In this document: positions 57,947-64,000 of the stretch, one piece after another
How positions within the stretch are numbered: position 1 is the stretch's first letter
Layout: each line of letters begins with the position of its first letter
Assembly: GCA_963789955.1 (NCBI GenBank)
Contig: CAWBMV010000016.1
Coordinates: 35,422-99,421 of the forward strand
Direction: 5' to 3'
Length of the DNA: 64,000 bases
Source of the DNA: an uncultured Candidatus Rokubacteria bacterium
GTDB taxonomy: Bacteria; Methylomirabilota; Methylomirabilia; Rokubacteriales; CSP1-6
Position numbers and translations under genes: made by a program
The notes under the pieces: model-generated
Databases searched by the model: none
Seen by the model: the letters and a program-made list of their open reading frames with translations, nothing else
Told to the model about the DNA's origin: nothing

Positions 57947-59365
57947 ATGTATTTCCGGGTTCGCAGAGACCGCACGCGAGACGGCAGCTGGAGGGCAAGC
58001 ATCGCGCCACGCCTACTCGCGGTCATCGTCGCCGTGGCGGCCGGCGTCACTGGCGACGTCTCGGGTCAACCGACCGCGCCATTTACCGGGGTCGCGAACG
58101 TCAGGGACTTCCGCGCGACGGGCGACGGGGTGACGGACGATACCGCGGCGGTCAAGCAGGCGCTGGCCGCCGCCCTCCGCGCGAAGGGCACGATCTACTT
58201 CCCGCCCGGCACCTATCTGATTAGCGACACCTTGATGGTGACGGATACGGTCGCCTTCGTCGGGAGCGGCTGGGGCTCGGTCATCGCGCTGAAGGACGGA
58301 GTGCGACGGATCATGATCCTCGTGCAGGGCGCATCGCCATCGGGCGAGACGATCGGATTCCAGGCGTCGAATCTCGTGCTCGACGGCAAACAAGGGGGGC
58401 AGCTGGATGGCGGCCTGCTCCAGATCAACAGCTCGGTGGGCTTCGTCGTCGACCATCTATGGGTTCGCAACGGCGGACGACCCGGCGAGTCGCGGACGCA
58501 GGGGGTTGACGGCATCGCCGTCGCCGTCAAGTCACCGACGAACCTGGTCGCGAGCCGCGGGGTCATCATGAACTCGATGATCGAGGCGACGACCAAGCCC
58601 GGGATCCTCTGGAGCACTCACGCCACCGACGGGCTGATCTCGGGGAACATCATCCGCGGTCTTCGCGGGAACTCGCAAACTCCGTGCCTCGCCGTCTCCG
58701 AGGGCCGGAACGTGACGGTGAGCGGCAACTCGGTCAGCGGCTGTGAAGCTTCTGGGATCTCGATCGCGAACGGGGGGAACAACGTCGCTCCCGTGCACGC
58801 CATCATCGCCAACAATCACGCATATGGAAACGGTACGGGGACGGTCGAGGGCAACGGCATCCAGGTCGTCAATGCCTTTCCTGATCGGCGCGTCTTCGTC
58901 GAGATCACCGGCAACGTGCTCTACGACAATCGCGGCGCCGCCGACGGGTACGGCATCCTGGTTCAGAACGTCGATCACGCGATCGTCAGCGGGAACATCG
59001 TCAGGAACAACAAGCGCAGCGGGATCGTTCTGTACAACGTCAGCGGCGCCCTGGTCGAGGGCAACTACATCCTCGGCAACAATGCACTGGGAACTCCGGA
59101 GCACTCGGGGATCATGCTCCATCAGGTCAGTCGGGTGCACGTGACCGGCAACTTCGCTTTCGACGACGGCCCGACGCCGACCCAGGCCTACGGTCTCTTC
59201 TTCAGCGGGACCAGGCCGAGCGATCGAATCTCCGTCACGAACAACGTGCTGTACCCGAACAAGCTCGGCCCCTGGCACGGCCACGCGCCGCCGACCAACA
59301 CCGTGTTCGTCGCGAATCGGACGGGCGACGATACTCATCTGGCCATCGGCTCGGGGACCCCCTGA
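57947..59365 (+). CDS. Secreted right-handed parallel beta-helix protein (pectate-lyase superfamily; possible glycan depolymerase/epimerase)
   Basis: Intact 472-aa ORF with a signal-like N-terminus. It has the pectate_lyase_3-type opening NVRDFRATGDGVTDDTAAVKQALAAA..GTIYFPPGTYLIS. It then has many NxxxGNxI-type beta-helix repeats (GNIIRG, VSGNSVSG, IANNHAYGN, ITGNVLYDN, VSGNIVRNN, VEGNYILGN, VTGNFAFDD). Confidence 0.75.
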   Translation: MYFRVRRDRTRDGSWRASIAPRLLAVIVAVAAGVTGDVSGQPTAPFTGVANVRDFRATGDGVTDDTAAVKQALAAALRAKGTIYFPPGTYLISDTLMVTDTVAFVGSGWGSVIALKDGVRRIMILVQGASPSGETIGFQASNLVLDGKQGGQLDGGLLQINSSVGFVVDHLWVRNGGRPGESRTQGVDGIAVAVKSPTNLVASRGVIMNSMIEATTKPGILWSTHATDGLISGNIIRGLRGNSQTPCLAVSEGRNVTVSGNSVSGCEASGISIANGGNNVAPVHAIIANNHAYGNGTGTVEGNGIQVVNAFPDRRVFVEITGNVLYDNRGAADGYGILVQNVDHAIVSGNIVRNNKRSGIVLYNVSGALVEGNYILGNNALGTPEHSGIMLHQVSRVHVTGNFAFDDGPTPTQAYGLFFSGTRPSDRISVTNNVLYPNKLGPWHGHAPPTNTVFVANRTGDDTHLAIGSGTP

Positions 59366-59496
59366 CGGTTCGCTGGAGCTGACGGCCAACGCCTCCGCTG
59401 CCGCGTCGGGGCCGGAGTCGCCACCGGCGCTGTATGTCGACGTCAAATACAAAGGGAGGATGTATCGACTTCCGCTCTACGCTCGGTGAGGAAAAA

Positions 59497-59529
59497 CGAT
59501 CGGCCCTCCGGTAGCTGGAGGGCCGATCG
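59497..59529. terminator. Bidirectional rho-independent terminator between convergent genes
   Basis: It has a 13-bp perfect stem CGATCGGCCCTCC / GGAGGGCCGATCG with a 7-nt loop. On the minus strand it is followed by TTTTTCC (59491-59496), serving the 59560..60351 gene. It lies 130 nt after the plus-strand beta-helix gene. Confidence 0.65.
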
Positions 59530-59559
59530 CCGTTTCGCTGATATCGCGTCGCGACGAGG

Positions 59560-60351
59560 CTATTGCAAGGTCAACAGCACCAGCACCTCGCCCTGGCCGT
59601 CGGCGAGCGACTCGAGCGCCTTGCCGATCAGCGTCCCGGGCTGATGAATCGCGGCGGTGCCGATCGTCACGGGCTCCGAACGCATCGCGTACCCCGGAGT
59701 CGCGCTCGTGACCAGCAGGTCACCGATCTGAACCGGGCCGTACTTTGCGTCCACCTTGACCTTCACCCGGCCGATGTGGGCGACCTTCACCTGATTGTCG
59801 CCGCCCTCGCCCAGGATCAGGCCTGGCTTGTCCGATACGACGCCGGCCACCCGCGTGTCGTACGCCTTCTGGCTCTCCATCACTTCGTTCGGCTTGATAC
59901 CCCCGAGGATCACCACGGTGCCAGGAGCGAGCTTGCTGGCTGCGGGCACCCACTCGGCCACGTCCTGGTACTTCGCCGCGATGTTGCCATCGACCTGGAC
60001 GTTGCCCGCCACGTGAAGCGTGGCGGCCGGCGTCGTCGTTCCGATCCCGACGTTTCCGCTCGGGAGGACGAGCAGCTGTGGCGCGCTGCTGTTCGTGTAC
60101 AGCCCGACCGGCATATTCGTCCGCGAGCCAAGGTGCAAACCCATGACGCCGCCGGAGCTACCGGTGAAGAACTCGCTGAAGTTCGAACTTTGCGACATCC
60201 GGATCCGTCCGTTCACGTCCAGCTCTGACCCGGGCGCGATCGTGCTGATCCCGACCCAGCCCGCGTTCTGGAGTAGATTCTGCGCCCAGGCCTGCGATGC
60301 GCTGAACGCGCCAACAACGACGAGCGCCACGACCAACCAGTTTTTCCTCAT
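59560..60351 (-). CDS. Secreted hypothetical protein with tail-fibre-like beta-rich N-terminal region
   Basis: The ATG is at 60351 and the signal is MRKNWLVVALVVVGAFSASQAWA. Motifs such as GNVGIGTTTPAATLHVAGNVQVDGNI recall phage/tail-fibre-type proteins. The C-terminal domain (DTRVAGVVSDKPGLILGE..GRVKVKVDA..GDLLVTSATPGYAM) has unknown function. Confidence 0.5.
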   Translation of the reverse strand: MRKNWLVVALVVVGAFSASQAWAQNLLQNAGWVGISTIAPGSELDVNGRIRMSQSSNFSEFFTGSSGGVMGLHLGSRTNMPVGLYTNSSAPQLLVLPSGNVGIGTTTPAATLHVAGNVQVDGNIAAKYQDVAEWVPAASKLAPGTVVILGGIKPNEVMESQKAYDTRVAGVVSDKPGLILGEGGDNQVKVAHIGRVKVKVDAKYGPVQIGDLLVTSATPGYAMRSEPVTIGTAAIHQPGTLIGKALESLADGQGEVLVLLTLQ

Positions 60352-60705
60352 CACCGGCCTCCCTCGGCTGTGACGGGGGCTCCAGGTGCCCCCAGTTGTA
60401 CCGCCCACATCGCAATCTCGCCTGAGAATTGGCGAATCTCTTTCAGAGTGTCCGCCCGACAACACTGACGTGTCCTTTTGGCTGCCGCGCGATCATTCAC
60501 GTACACTCCCTGAAGCGGCGTCGCCCCTCGAATCGCTCTGCTAGTCAGCGCCATTTCGTCGATAACTGCGCTTTCTCACCGGCGACTCATTCGAGGCCTC
60601 TCGCCTGTCGTGAGAAGTGAGCAGGACCCATGCCAATACTCACCACCCGCAGTTCGTGCTCTCTCGTCGGTGTGTCTCTCGCGGCGGGATGTTGATCTCT
60701 CGGAG

Positions 60706-61755
60706 CTATGCAGCGGATGACGGATTGGGTTTTCTCGCATGCTCTGCTATCCGAGAGGTCTCCCATATCCTCAGCCGAGTTACCAGAGCCAGCAGCGGGT
60801 AACAACTGAGCGCGATAACGAAATACCCGGATACCACGAAAAATACAAGCCGGTACCACTGCGCATGGCCCACGTACTCGGCGGCAAACGAATCCGCGAG
60901 AACGAGCAGATGCGGCTTGGTCGCTGATGCATACAGGAGCAGCTGACGTGCTTCCCACGGGAGAAAGGCCACGGACTCCGATCGACTGGCCTCGGTCAGC
61001 ACATTGTTGCCGTAGGTCAGCACGTACCGCTTGAATCGTGAGGCGTCCCCGTAGAGCGCGCGAAATCGCGGATCCTCTTCGGACTTGATCGTTGCATCCG
61101 CGGTGCCGAAAAACATGAAGCGCACGGGAAGTCCGGTCAACCGCCTCTGTCGGAGCTCCAGAGACGACAGATAGGTCCCTGCCTCGTCGGTCGCCAGGAT
61201 CCCGTATTGCGGATCGACGAATATCCACTTCGATCGCGTCCGCGAGAAGAAGTCGGCGAATCCATGCACGTCGTTCTGGACCTCTCGCGCGATCAGGCCG
61301 TTCACGGCCGAGAGGGCGAGGAAGATTTCGACGTAGTCGGAGCAGAACCCGCTACCCCGTTGCGTCTCGACAACTTTGTCCAGGAGAGCCATCCGATAGA
61401 TCGGACGGTTGTCCCCGCTTCGCGCGAAGCTGAGCGCGACCGCTTTGGCGCGATCGACCTCGTCGCGCAGGCTCGCAACGCCCGCCGTCGGTACCACCGC
61501 GCCCAGGCGAGGCCGCCACGCCGCGATCATCGCCGGCGAGTCGGTATAAAAATCGTGACTCAGCAGATCGTCCGGGGCCGAGCTGAACACCCGGGCATTC
61601 GAGGCTGACCGCATCATCAGGCTGTTGCGGAATTCGACGAGAAGTCCCCGGATGCGCGCTTGCGATTCGTGCAGACCGAACCCAATACCGCCGAGACAGA
61701 CCACGAGGCCCAGGTTCGCCCAGAAAACGAGCCGGCACCAGCGAAGCACGGTCAC
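60706..61755 (-). CDS. Membrane protein with transglutaminase-like Cys-His-Asp core
   Basis: Intact 349-aa ORF with N- and C-terminal TM helices. The core reads GSGFCSDYVEIFLALSAVNGLIAREV..VHGFADFF..KWIFVDPQYG (Cys, His, Asp in canonical order). It has visibly lower GC than its neighbours. Confidence 0.6.
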   Translation of the reverse strand: MTVLRWCRLVFWANLGLVVCLGGIGFGLHESQARIRGLLVEFRNSLMMRSASNARVFSSAPDDLLSHDFYTDSPAMIAAWRPRLGAVVPTAGVASLRDEVDRAKAVALSFARSGDNRPIYRMALLDKVVETQRGSGFCSDYVEIFLALSAVNGLIAREVQNDVHGFADFFSRTRSKWIFVDPQYGILATDEAGTYLSSLELRQRRLTGLPVRFMFFGTADATIKSEEDPRFRALYGDASRFKRYVLTYGNNVLTEASRSESVAFLPWEARQLLLYASATKPHLLVLADSFAAEYVGHAQWYRLVFFVVSGYFVIALSCYPLLALVTRLRIWETSRIAEHARKPNPSSAA

Positions 61756-61976
61756 GCCGGGAGCTCTCGAGGACTTGGCGGTCTACGGCGAACGCTGAAA
61801 TCGGCAGTCAAAAGCGAGGTCGGGCGACGAAGATCGATCCTGGGGGAACGGTGAAGGACGCTTCAGTGTGCGCATGAATACGCCGGCGCTTGAAACCCCG
61901 GACGAGGCTCAAGGGGCCAAGCTCATCGCTGAAGACGCTAATCTGGCGCCGGTCCACCTGTCAAGGATCCGTCAGC

Positions 61977-62348
61977 CTATTTCACTTCCTCGTATTGAGC
62001 GGACCTACCGTTGTCATCGCGGACGGCCTTCAAGGTCCGCTTGCCCTTGGAGTCGACGGCCACCGAGACGGCGCCCGCGCCGCCATCGGAGCTTCTGAAA
62101 CGGAACTTGCCGTCGACAATCTCCAATCTCCCCCTGGCGCTGCGCGGCGGCTGCGTATAGAGAACCGTCGAAAACGAGCCGTCCCGCTGCACCGTGATCT
62201 CGACGGGGGTGCTCTTTCCCCCTTCGGCCACGTATGTCCGCCACTTGCCGACGAATGGTTTGAGCTCCGCGGCATCCTGGCCGGGCGCTGCCGACGCGAA
62301 CAGAAGCACGCCTCCGAGAACGAGGATCGACGCGATACGCACTGTCAT
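61977..62348 (-). CDS. Small secreted hypothetical protein
   Basis: The probable start is ATG 62348 (MTVRIASILVLGGVLLFASAAPGQD..), 123 aa. No family is recognised. Confidence 0.45.
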   Translation of the reverse strand: MTVRIASILVLGGVLLFASAAPGQDAAELKPFVGKWRTYVAEGGKSTPVEITVQRDGSFSTVLYTQPPRSARGRLEIVDGKFRFRSSDGGAGAVSVAVDSKGKRTLKAVRDDNGRSAQYEEVK

Positions 62349-62482
62349 GCCGAGCCTCCCTGCACTAGAGCGACGACGGTAGAGTGAGCTGGGCAAACGT
62401 CCAGATCCCGTCAACTTTGAAACTATCACGGACCGCCCCCGACACGACAATAGCCAAGTCGCCGAGCCCGAGGGACCGAGCG

Positions 62483-64000
62483 CTACCGGAACGACGCCGT
62501 GAACTGCACTCGCAGGAGTTGGTCGATTCCATTGTCGCCGGCCCTGAAGTTTCGGTTCTTCACATCGCTGACCAGGTATTGCGCGAAGACCGAAAAGCGG
62601 TCCGCGAAGCGATAGGACACGTCCAGGCTCCCGCCGAGGCGCTCCTCCTGCGGACCGGAGAAATTGAACGTGGTGCTGCCGATGATGGCCCGGTCGAAAT
62701 TGACGCCAAACATCAAGTTCGGTGTGAGGCGCGCGCCGACGCGAGCGAAGTAGTCCCGGCCGTTCGTGCCGATGAAGTCGCCGATCACATGGCCCCGCGT
62801 CCAGTACCCGCTGGTGAACTGATCGTTGTTGTACGACTGGGGCGAGGTTCGGGCGTATTCGAACCGGAAATCCAGCCAGTCTTGCCCGAAGAGACCGAGC
62901 AGATGCATGCCGCCTACAGCGCCGACCGTGCTGCCCTTGGGCAGGAGGTTCGACGCCAGGAAGTGGCCGATTCCGCTACTCGGGCCGCATTCGCCGCAGG
63001 TGTCGTCCCAGTAGAACTCGCCGTAGAGTCGCAGATCCCGGCTCGGAAAGTAGTAGTGATCCACGTTTCGAAAGCGCAGATCGCCGTCGACGCTGAACAC
63101 ATTGTTGGTGCGGTTCTCCGGGTGTTGGTTCGCGTCGTCGCCGAACGACGGATTAAAGATCGCCGCCAGATATTTGTCCGCCGAAAGGTACGGTGAGCCC
63201 CCGTCGAACATGACCGCTCGGCTGGCCCCAAGCTCCAACCACGTGGCCGGCGTAAAGGTCAGACGCATGCCCGACACCTTGGTGTAGGGGTGATCCCGGC
63301 GCTCCTCGAGCTGCGCCAGGAAGATCAGCGCCTTCATGGGCCCGACCCACTCGCCGATCCACGGCAGCAGAAAGGGCTCCGCGGACCCGAGCCGGACCTG
63401 ATCCAGCGGCGCCGCGTTGTTCGAAAAGATCATGAAGTTACGGTATCCCGGCCCCCACTGGAGGCTGTCACGGCCGAACATGAGCTCGATGTTCCAGAAC
63501 GTGAGCTTCGCGTAGCCGGTGATGAGGCGCGCCGCCGTATAGTCCTGGTTCGCGAGCAGCTCGGGCTGGATATAGAAGGTCAGATAGTCCCAGAGCTGCG
63601 CACGGCTCTCGAACGTCAGCCCCATGTTGAACGTCCGCTTGACCGAGCTCCCCTGCTCGTTGACGAGTGAGAAGCCATGCGTCGCCAGACCGTTGAACGC
63701 CTGCGCGCGATCGATGGGGGTGAAGGAGAACGCGCCCGGTGGCGAGACTCCGTCGGGAACCTGGACGCCCAGCGAGGCCAGCTCGACCTTGAACTCGTCC
63801 ATCAAGCGGTCGAGCACCGGCTCGAGGTCGCGGCGCATGTTGAGGCCCTCGGGATCGTCCCGGCGGATCCGTTCGATTGCGCGGGCGACGACCCGCGCGG
63901 CCTCGATGCGGTTGAGCGGCTTCGTGTTCAGCAAGGTCCGGTCGGCGAGCCCAGCGGTGACCAGGCGCTCCAGATCGTCGTACGCCGCGTCGCGATACTC
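62483..64000 (-). CDS. wzi: Capsule assembly protein Wzi family outer-membrane protein (N-terminus beyond the right edge)
   Basis: The ORF is open to the window end. The sequence upstream of the listed Met continues in frame (..YDDLERLVTAGLADRTLLNTKPLNRIEAARVV..). The beta-barrel body includes ..TFWNIELMFGRDSLQWGPGYRNFMIFSNNAAPLDQVRL.. and ends with an aromatic residue pattern (..VQFTASFR). Confidence 0.75.
   Translation of the reverse strand, partial: EYRDAAYDDLERLVTAGLADRTLLNTKPLNRIEAARVVARAIERIRRDDPEGLNMRRDLEPVLDRLMDEFKVELASLGVQVPDGVSPPGAFSFTPIDRAQAFNGLATHGFSLVNEQGSSVKRTFNMGLTFESRAQLWDYLTFYIQPELLANQDYTAARLITGYAKLTFWNIELMFGRDSLQWGPGYRNFMIFSNNAAPLDQVRLGSAEPFLLPWIGEWVGPMKALIFLAQLEERRDHPYTKVSGMRLTFTPATWLELGASRAVMFDGGSPYLSADKYLAAIFNPSFGDDANQHPENRTNNVFSVDGDLRFRNVDHYYFPSRDLRLYGEFYWDDTCGECGPSSGIGHFLASNLLPKGSTVGAVGGMHLLGLFGQDWLDFRFEYARTSPQSYNNDQFTSGYWTRGHVIGDFIGTNGRDYFARVGARLTPNLMFGVNFDRAIIGSTTFNFSGPQEERLGGSLDVSYRFADRFSVFAQYLVSDVKNRNFRAGDNGIDQLLRVQFTASFR

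Noticed and set aside
59560-62348. The tail-fibre-like gene plus the lower-GC patch considered as a prophage remnant or mobile element.
   Set aside because: No integrase, terminase, capsid, transposase, tRNA attachment site or flanking direct repeats are visible. The composition shift alone is insufficient.

Overview
The window is very GC-rich bacterial chromosome with no rRNA, tRNA, CRISPR array, transposase or integrase visible.

Layout:
- 1-203: truncated start of a Thermotoga-type DAHP synthase gene. Its 5-prime leader (208-393) carries a tandemly duplicated 70-nt element.
- 0.6-12.3 kb: mixed housekeeping and catabolic genes. These include DedA, an amidase, a substrate-binding protein, EthD, RlpA, a Rieske oxygenase and an MBL hydrolase. 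There is also a small-protein plus cNMP-binding/PqqD-like/M50-like membrane protein pair, and a decayed liv-type ABC transporter remnant.
- 12.3-16.4 kb (minus strand): a kaiC-kaiB-kaiB-hybrid histidine kinase operon with no kaiA in the window.
- 16.4-20.0 kb: amidohydrolase, LigB-type dioxygenase and LLM oxidoreductase.
- 20.0-20.5 kb: a divergent intergenic region holding two mirrored 166-nt hairpin elements.
- 20.5-23.3 kb: MFS transporter, inositol monophosphatase and a specialised NusG paralog.
- 23.3-57.8 kb (minus strand): one uninterrupted, tightly coupled operon of about 34.5 kb and 32 genes.
  - Wzx/Wzy-type glycan genes: flippase, polymerase, PCP, a giant OPX export protein, a small phosphoglycosyl transferase, two GT4, two AsnB-like amidotransferases, two DegT aminotransferases, a CapD dehydratase, two SDR epimerases, GNAT, methyltransferase, deacetylase, and a TPP-dependent E1 alpha/beta pair.
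  - A complete private type II fatty-acid synthase cassette: KS, Cys-less KS-like partner, FabG, FabL-like reductase, two hotdog dehydratases and an ACP-domain protein.
  - An ArnC / ArnA-formyltransferase / ArnD trio.
- 57.9-64.0 kb: a secreted beta-helix protein, a tail-fibre-like secreted protein, a lower-GC patch with a transglutaminase-like membrane protein, and a Wzi homolog that runs off the right edge.

Major caveat: more than 20 genes continue their conserved protein sequence in another reading frame after what look like single-base indels. Many coordinates below are therefore frame-stitched gene spans, not single ORFs. Most of the long Arg/Pro/Ala-rich ORFs in the six-frame track are GC-driven shadows of the real genes.
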